From Planctomycetota bacterium (GTDB lineage: Bacteria; Planctomycetota; B15-G4; JADJEK01), in contig JBGAIQ010000081.1 in the NCBI GenBank assembly GCA_044225365.1, positions 1 through 19,762 of the forward strand: a stretch of 19,762 nt of DNA, written 5' to 3'. The notes beneath the pieces were generated by a model. That model was given only the letters and a program-made list of their open reading frames with translations. It was not told the DNA's origin and ran no database searches. The translations under genes and the position numbers were made by a program. Below, in pieces: positions 6,492 through 15,058 of the stretch (positions are counted from its first letter, which is position 1; each line of letters begins with the position of its first letter).

Positions 6492-9237
6492 GGGCTTCGT
6501 CGAGCCTTGCCTTCGCGATCAACGTGTCTCGATGATCGGGACCCCGAACTCGACAAAACGTGTCGAACCCCATCCGGCAGGTCGCTTCTCCTTCGTCGCG
6601 TTGTCCTGCCTGAATGAGCACGAGTCCCAATCGGAAACGCGCATTCGCGAGTCCGAGTGAGTTCTCGTTGTGGAGCTCCGCCGTGATGTTCACGCCATCT
6701 CGCGCGAGTCGGATCGCCTCGTCGAATTCCGAGCGCGTCGCGAGAAGGTCTGCGAGATCCATCTCCGCGGCCGCAAGGTGACCGCGACCCGGGTTTCCCA
6801 GTTGGCCTGCGAGATCGACGACCTCGCGCTCCATATCGATCGCGCGGTCGATTCGATCCTGATGTTGAAGGATGATCACTCGCCACGACTTCGACTCCCG
6901 CAATGTATGTCGCGCACGAAAGGCATTCGCTTCCGGCGAGGCATCGAGGAGATCGAGGACATTCCACGCGTCTTCGAACTTCCTGGCACCGATCAGGCCC
7001 GAACAGAGGTGCAATCCTGCCTCGTGCCATTCGCGCGACCTTGGGCCGAAATTGGTTCGCATGTACTCGAACGAGCGCCGGGCCAGCTCTTCGGCCTTGT
7101 CGAAATGGCTTTCGTAGCTCTCGACCTGCGCGAGGATGTTTCGAGCGGACATGGCGAGGACGCTTTTCTCCTGGAAATTGGTCTCTGCGAGTTCGAGCGC
7201 CCGTTCGGCCGCTCGTCGCGCGGGCCCGGGCCCGACGATGTCGATCAGGATCGATGCGCGACGCATCAGGAGCCGAATCTGCAAGCCAACGTGCGGCCGT
7301 TGCCCCTGCTGCAATCGGCGCTCGGCTTCGTCCAGCAGTTCGAGCCCCTGCTGCATCGAGCGAGTCCGAGCTTGGACGGGCGCGAGATCGAGCAAGATCT
7401 TGGCGCACGCCACCGGATCGCTCGCGCCGTCGATCCGGATCAGGGCATGAGCCCTCTCGAGTTGGTCGACGGCCTTGGCCTCGTCTTCGCGCGCGAGTTC
7501 CATGAGGGCCAATTTGTGCCACGCTTCGGCCTCGTCCAATGACCTTCCCGCGGCATGCAGGGCGTCGATGTTCGCGCGAAGCAATCGATCGGCTTCGTCG
7601 TATTGCCCGATGTCTCGCAACAGATCCGCCAACTCGTCGCGACTCTGCACGACATCCGGATCGGCACGGTCGAACTTCGCTTCGCGCAGGTCGAGGGCAT
7701 TGCGTTTGAGCTGAGCAGCTTCGTCGTATTCCTCGATCGCATGCAGAGCGAACCCGAGATCGCGCAGCCGAACTCCGTGACGACGAGCATCGAACGGGAG
7801 CGATTCCTCCGCTGCGAGCGCCCGACGTAGGATCGGGATCGCGTCGTCCAGTCGTCCCAGGCTGGTGAAGATCCGTCCGATGAAGCCTTCCAGGTCGTTG
7901 CGAACGTTCGGATCGAGCGTGTGGTCGACGGCCATTTCCTGCGCGAAGTTCGCCACGACTTCGTCGAGACGCGGATTCCCTCCTCCGGCGTTGTTCGGAT
8001 CGGCAGTCGTCAGGATGTGCTCCACGAAGTCGAACGCTTCGCGCGTTTCGCGACTCTTCGCTTCCGCTCGATTCAGCGCGGAGATGGATACGACGAGCGC
8101 GACGAGGATGGCCACCACCGCGATCGAGGTCCCGAGTACGGCGCCGGGATGTCGGCGCGAAAGCTCGCGGAACTGCTCACCCAGGGTGGGCGTGCGCCCT
8201 TCGATCGGGCGACCAGTACGAACGCGCTCGACGTCCTCTCCGAGGTCGCGCGCGCTCTGATATCGCTGCGACTTCTCCTTGCGCAGCGCCTTCATCACGA
8301 CGATTTCGAGATCGCCCGTCAGCTTGGGGTGCCTTCGCGGCGGGGATGCGTGGATCGTGCGAATCGCCTCGATCGGTTTGCCGGTATCGATCTCGTACGG
8401 AGTTTCGCCCGTGACGAGGTGATAGAGGACGAGGCCGAGGGTGTAGACGTCGCTGCGAGCGTCGGCATCCCCGCCTTCGAGCTGTTCGGGGCTCATCCAC
8501 GACAGCGTGCCGAGGAGTCGCGTTGCCATGCTCGGAAGCGAGTCGTTCCCGCCCCGATCGATGAACTTGGCGAGGCCGAAGTCGAGGATGCGCGGCTTGC
8601 CGTCGTCGCTGACGAGGATGTTCGAAGGTTTGAGATCGCGATGGATGACGCCTCGGTGGTGTGCATGCTGCAGCCCTGTGCACAAGTCGCAGAACATCGC
8701 GAGCCGCACGTCGAGTTCGGCGTTCTTCACGCACCACCGATCGAGAGGAAGGCCGGCGACGTATTCCATCGCGATCCAAGGTCGTCCGTCGGGAAGCACT
8801 CCGGCGGAGTGGACCTGCACGATGAAGGGATGCTGGAGACGCGCGAGCGCGTCCCCCTCGCGGGCGAACTGGCGGGTCTCCCACTCGTCGGAGTCGAGTC
8901 GAACCCGCATGATCTTCAGCGCGACCCGGCGGCGAGGTCGCTCTTGCTCGGCGCGGTAGACCACGCCCATTCCTCCCTCACCGAGCAATCCGGAGATCCG
9001 GAATTCACCGACGAGGTCCCCGTTCTCGAAGTAGGGCGTGAGGATCTTGGGTCGCAAACGGGCGAGCCGATCGAACGCGCCACCGCGAGTGATGTCGAAG
9101 AGCGCCAGAAGGGGCTCTGGGTCACCGGAGACGAGTGCATCTCGCGCGCGATCGAGGGAGTCGGCGAGTTCTGTGTCGTTCGGATCCGCGGCGTCCCCGT
9201 TCGCCGAGTCTCTCCGATCATCCTCTCCTCGCTTCAT
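6475..9237 (-). CDS. Membrane Ser/Thr protein kinase (Hanks type) with C-terminal TPR repeats
   Basis: GEGGMGVVY, VALKI, IHRDLKPSNIL, DFGLAK, GTLSWMSPEQ, SDVYTLG; one TM segment (VLGTSIAVVAILVALVVSISAL); TPR-like repeats (LADLLRDIGQYDEADRLLR, LADLLATRSEFDEAIRLAR). ATG overlaps the ECF-2 stop (ATGA at 9234..9237). Confidence 0.95.
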   Translation of the reverse strand: MKRGEDDRRDSANGDAADPNDTELADSLDRARDALVSGDPEPLLALFDITRGGAFDRLARLRPKILTPYFENGDLVGEFRISGLLGEGGMGVVYRAEQERPRRRVALKIMRVRLDSDEWETRQFAREGDALARLQHPFIVQVHSAGVLPDGRPWIAMEYVAGLPLDRWCVKNAELDVRLAMFCDLCTGLQHAHHRGVIHRDLKPSNILVSDDGKPRILDFGLAKFIDRGGNDSLPSMATRLLGTLSWMSPEQLEGGDADARSDVYTLGLVLYHLVTGETPYEIDTGKPIEAIRTIHASPPRRHPKLTGDLEIVVMKALRKEKSQRYQSARDLGEDVERVRTGRPIEGRTPTLGEQFRELSRRHPGAVLGTSIAVVAILVALVVSISALNRAEAKSRETREAFDFVEHILTTADPNNAGGGNPRLDEVVANFAQEMAVDHTLDPNVRNDLEGFIGRIFTSLGRLDDAIPILRRALAAEESLPFDARRHGVRLRDLGFALHAIEEYDEAAQLKRNALDLREAKFDRADPDVVQSRDELADLLRDIGQYDEADRLLRANIDALHAAGRSLDEAEAWHKLALMELAREDEAKAVDQLERAHALIRIDGASDPVACAKILLDLAPVQARTRSMQQGLELLDEAERRLQQGQRPHVGLQIRLLMRRASILIDIVGPGPARRAAERALELAETNFQEKSVLAMSARNILAQVESYESHFDKAEELARRSFEYMRTNFGPRSREWHEAGLHLCSGLIGARKFEDAWNVLDLLDASPEANAFRARHTLRESKSWRVIILQHQDRIDRAIDMEREVVDLAGQLGNPGRGHLAAAEMDLADLLATRSEFDEAIRLARDGVNITAELHNENSLGLANARFRLGLVLIQAGQRDEGEATCRMGFDTFCRVRGPDHRDTLIAKARLDEALKRSR

Positions 9238-9902
9238 TCGAGATCGTCCATCGACTGCGATCCCTCACGCAACGTAGTCGGATGGCGCTGGCGCAATCCA
9301 GCACGGACGCCGTCGATCGCACGTCGCACGAAGTTCGCCGCGGACGTCCGCGAGATCCCGAGTTCGTCACCGATCTCCGAAGTGTTGAGACCTGCCACGC
9401 AATAGAGGAGCAACGCATCGCGCTGAGTCGCTGGAAGCAGCGCGGCTTCGTCGAGGATCTTGCGAGCGTCCTCGCGGCGGCCCACGATGCTCGAGGGCGT
9501 CGGCCCCGGCGATACGAGTTTCGCGATCGCGTCGAAGACCGTCGATCCCGGATCGTGTTCGTGGGGCAGGACAGCATGTTGACCGAGGAAGCGCTGACGC
9601 CGCGATCCGACTCGGCGAAAGTCGGCAACCCGGCGTCTCGTGATCGCCAGCGTCAGATGATCGAGATCCGCTGCGGCGAGCGTGGGACTCTGCCGCAGGA
9701 GATCGTGGATCGCGACGGCGACTTCTTCGGCGATTTCATCGGCGGCGGTGATGCGATCGGCGACGTCGTGGAGCATGGCGCGTGCACGCGAACTCGCGGC
9801 CTTGCGCGCCTGTTCGAATGCCGACGTCAGCCGGTCGGTGCCGTGGGGGCCGTCGGGGCCGGCGGCAAAGGACTCTCCCTCCGAGCGCGCAGGTTCGTTC
9901 AT
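9234..9902 (-). CDS. Divergent ECF sigma factor coupled to the Ser/Thr kinase (ECF-2)
   Basis: Region 2-like AADEIAEEV and LTLAITRRRVADFRR; linker SPGPTPSS; region 4 LPATQRDALLLYCVAGLNTSEIGDELGISRTSAANFVRRAI. Start position uncertain. Confidence 0.82.
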   Translation of the reverse strand: MNEPARSEGESFAAGPDGPHGTDRLTSAFEQARKAASSRARAMLHDVADRITAADEIAEEVAVAIHDLLRQSPTLAAADLDHLTLAITRRRVADFRRVGSRRQRFLGQHAVLPHEHDPGSTVFDAIAKLVSPGPTPSSIVGRREDARKILDEAALLPATQRDALLLYCVAGLNTSEIGDELGISRTSAANFVRRAIDGVRAGLRQRHPTTLREGSQSMDDLE

Positions 9903-10312
9903 TCCCGGGCCTTTGTCCGTTTTTCGGGCGAGGGCAATCGGGTGCGGGTTCGGGTCCGCATGAGACTGCCCGGATCACGGCCAATGGCCACCGTACCAAA
10001 CGGCGCCGAGGCTGGAAATTCGCTCGTGTAGTTCGGAATTCGCGTGACGGAATCGCGATCCCGACGATTGGTGCTTCGTGGGTTGGTGTGAACGAACCCT
10101 GGTCGCGAGTCGGGCATCGAGTCCCGTACGGTCCGAGTCCCGAACGCGGCCGTTCTTGATCGGGCGAAGGTTCGAGCTCTAAGTCGATATTTCGAAAATA
10201 TTTGAACCGGAATTCCGGGAGAGGCGGAAACGACCCGTGCCACCACGACGGGGGCTCGCGGACGCGCGAGGCGCTCCGCGGAGCTACACGAGTCGTTTCA
10301 TGACATGGGGAT

Positions 10313-10353
10313 ACGGGGCCGGCTCGCACGCTGCGAGTCGGCCCCGTTCATTT
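10313..10353 (+). terminator. Intrinsic terminator-like hairpin
   Basis: ACGGGGCCGGCTCGCA-cgc-TGCGAGTCGGCCCCGT, a 16-bp stem with one G-U pair, followed by TCATTT (imperfect U tract). Confidence 0.55.
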
Positions 10354-10623
10354 GCATCGGATCGGGCGGATCGATCCGCCGGTCGAACGGCCCTTCGGGT
10401 ACTCGCCCGAAGTTGCCCGGTCGGTTCTCCGCCGCTCATTCGGCCCGAGAACGCATGACCACGCGACGGGATTGTCACTGCGACGGCGCCAAGCCGGAAA
10501 CCTCGATCGTTCCCGCGGGGATCCATTACGCTCTGCGCTCCGGGCACGTTTCTTGACCGATTCGAGCAGTGACACCAACAACAAGGGTCTTCGCGACCAG
10601 AAGAACCGGGACATAGACCATTC

Positions 10624-12945
10624 ATGAGATCGATCCGTTCCGCCCTCCTTCGGGGCGCGGTCGCGGTCGCCATTGCAGGGTGTGGTCGCGAAAGCGATCC
10701 GCGCTCCAGCGGGCGTTCGTCGACCGGCTCTGCACCGAATTCGACCGCCACCGCCCCCACCAACACGTCGGCCGCGAACCCCAGGCTGACTCCGCAGCAG
10801 AGCCACGCGAAGATGGTCTCCGTCCTCGAGGAGATCGAGAAAGCCGTGAAGAAAGGGAACCCCTACTTCGGGGAAGCCGAGATCGGCGACCTCGAGGCAA
10901 AGCTCCGCGAGCTGCCGCCGCAGGCGACGAAGCGGCGTTGGCGTTTCGAGTATCTGCTCGGGTGGAACCTCACGCGGCTTGGACGATTCGAGGAGGCGAT
11001 CGAGCACCTGAAGGTCGCTCACGAGCTAAGCGCTTCGATCCGTGAGTACCTCGAGTCCGGCGAAGAGCAGAACATGCGTCTCCAGCAGTTCGCGTTTCCG
11101 ATCCGTGGCCAGGAAGCGACGTTCGATCTCGGGATCGCCTACCTGCGCTTCGCGGAATCGTGCAACTGTCAGAAACATCACAAGAGCGAGAGCTGCATCC
11201 TTCCGATCCAGGGCGGCGGGATCCACGTCGATCAGGAGCCGGCGAGGGAAGCGTTGAAGTGCTTCCTCGAAGTCCTGGCCAAGTACCCCGACGACTTGAA
11301 CACGCGCTGGCTCGCCAACATCTGTGCGATGGCGATCGGCGAGTTTCCGAACGCCGTTCCGAAGAAGTTTCGCCTGCCGCCGAACGCGTTGGATTCCGGC
11401 GAGCCGTTCCCGCACTTCACCGACATCGCCTCGGAAGTAGGTCTCAACGATTCGGACCCTTCGGGCGGCGCCGTCATCGATGACTTCGACGGCGACGGCG
11501 ACCTCGACGTGATCACCACGTCGATCGATCCCTGCCAGCCGGTCCACGTCCAGCGTCACGACGCCGACGGATCGTTCGAGAACGTCACGGACGCGGCGGG
11601 CCTCGCCGGGATCAAGGGCGGTCTCAACTTGATCGACGGCGACTACGACAACGACGGGGACCTCGACCTGTTCGTACTGCGCGGCGGCTGGTGGAAGTCC
11701 GAGGGCCGGCATCCGAACTCGCTGCTGCGAAACGAAGGCGGCCTCGTCTTCGTCGACGTGACCTATATCGCGGGTATCGCGGAGCCGGCCTATCCGACGC
11801 AGACGGCCGCGTTCGGGGACTACGACAACGACGGCGATCTCGATCTCTACGTCGGGAACGAGGACTGGGAAGAAGTCGCAGCGCCGAGCCAACTGTTCCG
11901 GAACGAAGGTAACGGCACGTTCGTGGACGTGGCCTCGTCAGCGGGCGTGGAGAACCACCGCTACGCGAAGGGCGTCGTCTTCGCGGACCTCGACGGCGAC
12001 CGCTTCCCCGACCTCTACGTGTCGAACTACAAGGGTGCGAATCGGCTGTATCGCAATCGTGGCGACGGCACGTTCGAGGACGTCGCCGAGAAACTCGGGA
12101 TGACGAAGCCGGACTGGTCGTTCCCCGTGATTCCGCTCGACTTCGACCAGGATGGCGCGCTCGACCTGCTCGTCGCCGGTTTCTGGAATCACCCCAGTTT
12201 CATCGTGCCACCGTTCTTCGGCAAGTCGTCACCCGCCGAACTCTCCTGCCTCTACCACAACGAAGGCCGCGGCAAGTTCCGGGAGATCGGCGAATCCGTC
12301 GGACTCACGCATCCGATGATGGCGATGGGTGCGAACCTCGGTGACCTCGACAACGACGGTTTCCCCGACGTGTACCTGGGAACCGGGTATCCGAACTACG
12401 ACGGAATCGTGCCGAACGTGATGCTGCACAATCGCGACGGGAAGCGATGGTTCGACGTCTCGACCGTGGGCGGGTTCGCGCACATCCAGAAAGGTCACGC
12501 CGTCGTCTTCGCCGATCTCGACCAGGACGGCGACCAGGACGTGTTCGAGCAGATGGGCGGAGCGTTTCCCGGCGATGGATTCTCGGACGTCCTGTTCGAG
12601 AATCCGGGGAACGCGAACCACTGGCTGAAGGTTCGTCTCGTCGGCACGAAGTCGAATCGTTTCGGAGTGGGCGCTCGGATCCGCGTCGATCTCGTCGACG
12701 GTGGGGCGATGCGGTGCATCTTCTCGTGGGTGTCGACGGGCGGCAGCTTTGGTTGCAATCCGCTGCGCACCGAGATCGGACTCGGAGCGGCGCGCGAGAT
12801 CGAGAACCTCGTCGTCGACTGGCCCACGAGCGGGACGAAGCAGGAGTTCCAGCACGTACCCGCCGACGCCTTCATCGAGATCACGGAAGGCAGCTCGGAA
12901 TACCGCATCGTTCCGCTCGCGCCGCTTCCCTTCAAGAAGCGCTGA
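10624..12945 (+). CDS. Lipoprotein with TPR-like N-terminal region, FG-GAP/VCBS-like repeats and C-terminal ASPIC/UnbV domain (CRTAC1-like)
   Basis: Lipobox IAGC at residues 17-20; seven DxDxDGxxD Ca-binding-type repeats (DFDGDGDLD, DYDNDGDLD x2, DLDGDRFPD, DFDQDGALD, DLDNDGFPD, DLDQDGDQD); NHWLKVRLVGTKSNRFGVGARI, IGLG and VDWPTSG are ASPIC/UnbV signatures. Confidence 0.92.
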   Translation: MRSIRSALLRGAVAVAIAGCGRESDPRSSGRSSTGSAPNSTATAPTNTSAANPRLTPQQSHAKMVSVLEEIEKAVKKGNPYFGEAEIGDLEAKLRELPPQATKRRWRFEYLLGWNLTRLGRFEEAIEHLKVAHELSASIREYLESGEEQNMRLQQFAFPIRGQEATFDLGIAYLRFAESCNCQKHHKSESCILPIQGGGIHVDQEPAREALKCFLEVLAKYPDDLNTRWLANICAMAIGEFPNAVPKKFRLPPNALDSGEPFPHFTDIASEVGLNDSDPSGGAVIDDFDGDGDLDVITTSIDPCQPVHVQRHDADGSFENVTDAAGLAGIKGGLNLIDGDYDNDGDLDLFVLRGGWWKSEGRHPNSLLRNEGGLVFVDVTYIAGIAEPAYPTQTAAFGDYDNDGDLDLYVGNEDWEEVAAPSQLFRNEGNGTFVDVASSAGVENHRYAKGVVFADLDGDRFPDLYVSNYKGANRLYRNRGDGTFEDVAEKLGMTKPDWSFPVIPLDFDQDGALDLLVAGFWNHPSFIVPPFFGKSSPAELSCLYHNEGRGKFREIGESVGLTHPMMAMGANLGDLDNDGFPDVYLGTGYPNYDGIVPNVMLHNRDGKRWFDVSTVGGFAHIQKGHAVVFADLDQDGDQDVFEQMGGAFPGDGFSDVLFENPGNANHWLKVRLVGTKSNRFGVGARIRVDLVDGGAMRCIFSWVSTGGSFGCNPLRTEIGLGAAREIENLVVDWPTSGTKQEFQHVPADAFIEITEGSSEYRIVPLAPLPFKKR

Positions 12946-12969
12946 CGCCGCTGCGATTCTCGAAAGCGA

Positions 12970-13005
12970 CCCGCCCGACCGAAAGGGCCGTCGCGGTCGG
13001 GCGGG
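12970..13005. terminator. GC-rich hairpin between convergent genes (possible bidirectional terminator)
   Basis: CCCGCCCGACCG (12970..12981) / CGGTCGGGCGGG (12994..13005), perfect 12-bp stem with 12-nt loop; no U tract. Confidence 0.55.
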
Positions 13006-13025
13006 GGTGGTCGGGAAGCGAGTCC

Positions 13026-14381
13026 TCAATTCTGCGAATTGCGCTTCAGCAGTTTGCCGATCATGTCCTCGATGTGGGCGAGCCGAGTCTCGATCGAGTC
13101 GAGGCGCTTGTCGAGGGCGGCCTGCATCTCGGCGGACTTGTCGGAACCGGCCTGCGCGGCGCGCTCCACGAGTTCCCGGGCGTGCGCTTCCTGATCGTGC
13201 GCGTATTTCTCGAGAGTCGCGGACTTGACGCTGAGATTCGACTTCTCCGCCTCGACGTCGCCGAGATGGCGGCGCAGTTGGAGCAGCTCGGACTCGACCT
13301 TCTCCGCCACGGCCTTCGCGTTCGTCGCGAGCTCATCGGCAGCCTGGTCGCCGAGCTTGCCTCGAAGCGCATCGGCTCTCGCTTTCAGTTCTTCCTCGAT
13401 CATCGCGCGCGCGCGCTCCGCGTGTTCACCCAATTGGTCGCGTGCCTCCTCGAGGTTCTCGACCTTGCTCTCGAGTGCGCGCTGCAGGGATTCGAGGTGG
13501 TCCTTGACATGGCCGTCCAGGGCTTCCCTCTGATCCGCGAACGCCCGCACGCGGTCGGTCAACTCCCGCGCCGTGGCTTCGTAGCGTTGCCTTTGCTCGT
13601 CGGTCAGTCGTGAGGCCTGCGATTCGAGTTGTGCCACGGCCTGTTCGTAGCTGCGTTCGAGTCGCGCCCGTTCCGATTCGAGGTCGTTCGCCAGCTTCTT
13701 TCGGTCGTCGGAGACGACGGCGTTCCGTTTGCGATTCGCTTCGGCCTCCTGCAGCATGTTCTCGAGCGCCGAGCGCTCGTTGGCGAGGTCCGCGAGGCGC
13801 TTCGCGTTCTCGGCACTTTGGTCCGCGCCGCGCGCCGCGAGTTCCTTCTCGATCGCGAGCTTCCGCGAGAGGATGGCGGCGCGATCCTCGCTCTGCCTTT
13901 GCGCCGCGAGATCCGTCGGGTCCTGCGTCTCTTCGACGGCGACGGGCAATGTCTGCTTGTTCCCTCGGCGCACGAAGGTGACCTTGACCTCCTCGCCTGC
14001 GCGCTTGCCTTTCAGCGCTTTGCGGAGGTCGTCGCTGGAGCCGATCGGATGGTCGTCGATCGCGACGAGGATGTCGTACTTCTTGAGGCCCGCCTTCGCA
14101 GCCGGCTTGCCCTCGAGGAGATTCGCGAGGAGGACGCCCGGCGCGCCTTCTTCGAATCCGAGCTGCGCGGCGAGTGCGCCGTCGACGGGCGTGACGTAGA
14201 CGCCGATGACCGGCGTTCCTCCACTCGGCGCCGGCTCCACCACGAGCGCGATGTTCGCGGTCGCGGGGTCGGCGACCTGCGGCTGCTTCAAGCGAGCGAG
14301 CGGATCCTGCGGCAGACCGAGGACAGGCAATGCCGCGAGGGCGGCGAACGCGGAAAGTTTGAGGATGGACGGGACGAGCAT
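13026..14381 (-). CDS. Secreted PDZ-domain protein with long coiled-coil C-terminus (no protease domain)
   Basis: RBS AGGAG 9 nt upstream; signal peptide; HtrA/DegP-type PDZ (IGVYVTPVDGALAAQLG...GKPAAKAGLKKYDILVAID...VTFVRRG); roughly 290 aa of E/A/L/R/K-rich heptad-like sequence. Confidence 0.87.
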   Translation of the reverse strand: MLVPSILKLSAFAALAALPVLGLPQDPLARLKQPQVADPATANIALVVEPAPSGGTPVIGVYVTPVDGALAAQLGFEEGAPGVLLANLLEGKPAAKAGLKKYDILVAIDDHPIGSSDDLRKALKGKRAGEEVKVTFVRRGNKQTLPVAVEETQDPTDLAAQRQSEDRAAILSRKLAIEKELAARGADQSAENAKRLADLANERSALENMLQEAEANRKRNAVVSDDRKKLANDLESERARLERSYEQAVAQLESQASRLTDEQRQRYEATARELTDRVRAFADQREALDGHVKDHLESLQRALESKVENLEEARDQLGEHAERARAMIEEELKARADALRGKLGDQAADELATNAKAVAEKVESELLQLRRHLGDVEAEKSNLSVKSATLEKYAHDQEAHARELVERAAQAGSDKSAEMQAALDKRLDSIETRLAHIEDMIGKLLKRNSQN

Positions 14382-14413
14382 GTGGATTCACTCCTGTTCG
14401 AGTCGATTCGATC

Positions 14414-15058
14414 TCAGAATTCTTCCCAGGCCGATCGATCGGTGAGGCTCACCGGGACGGCCGCAGCATTTCCGTTCTCGTCGTGCGCCGTGTCGTAGAG
14501 CATGGGAACGCGCACGCGTTCGAACGAACGGCGAAGATAGAGCAGTTCGTAACCGTCGCCCGAGCGGGTCGCATTGACGAGGACTCGCGGCATCTCGCTC
14601 GCGGACGTGTTGCCATCGTTGGAGACGCGCAACAGCGATGGCTCGTCCTCGAAGGATCCCGCACGCGGGATCGTCGGCGGCACGCGCCCGGGCCGGTCGG
14701 GGGCGTTTCCACCGCGATCGAGGATCGTTCCGACCCAAAGTGCGATCACGGCCGCGGCAACGACCCATCCCGTGAACGCGCTCCGCAGCGCGCGCATGGG
14801 GCGGATGCGCGCGGTCGCAACGACCGGCAGTTCGACCGTGTCCGCAACAGCGACGCTCGCCCGCCCCTCGGATGCGAGCAGGCACTCGTCACGAAGTTGT
14901 TCGCCGAGCCGCCGCCACAGATCCGAGTCGGTCGCTGCGGCGACGTCGAGCTCCCGCCAGTCGTCGTCCGTGGCGAGGCGTTCGATCGCACGATGGATCA
15001 GGAGCGCCTCGCGGTCCGCTTCGACTTCATCACCAGGTTCGTTCGGGGAGGATGTCAT
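14414..15058 (-). CDS. Putative transmembrane anti-sigma factor
   Basis: ATGA-coupled to ECF-3; helical N-terminus (LLIHRAIERLATDDDWREL...WRRLGEQL), one TM (GWVVAAAVIALWVGTIL), short extracytoplasmic C-terminal domain. Confidence 0.75.
   Translation of the reverse strand: MTSSPNEPGDEVEADREALLIHRAIERLATDDDWRELDVAAATDSDLWRRLGEQLRDECLLASEGRASVAVADTVELPVVATARIRPMRALRSAFTGWVVAAAVIALWVGTILDRGGNAPDRPGRVPPTIPRAGSFEDEPSLLRVSNDGNTSASEMPRVLVNATRSGDGYELLYLRRSFERVRVPMLYDTAHDENGNAAAVPVSLTDRSAWEEF

Noticed and set aside
8485-8515. Kinase P+1 loop GTLSWMSPEQ (Trp for the usual Tyr) as a sign of a pseudokinase
   Set aside because: Conservative aromatic substitution; the Gly loop, VALK lysine, HRDLKPSN and DFG are all intact.
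10200-10300. Possible cobalamin, glycine or ZTP riboswitch
   Set aside because: Only fragmentary resemblance (GGAGAG, CCGGAATTCCGG, ACCACGACGGGG); the defining conserved cores could not be found.
9899-10627. Small ORFs in the 721-bp intergenic region (9899..10246 -, 10237..10458 +, 10305..10556 +, 10352..10627 +)
   Set aside because: No convincing RBS or recognisable motifs; cannot be supported, though a small peptide is not excluded.
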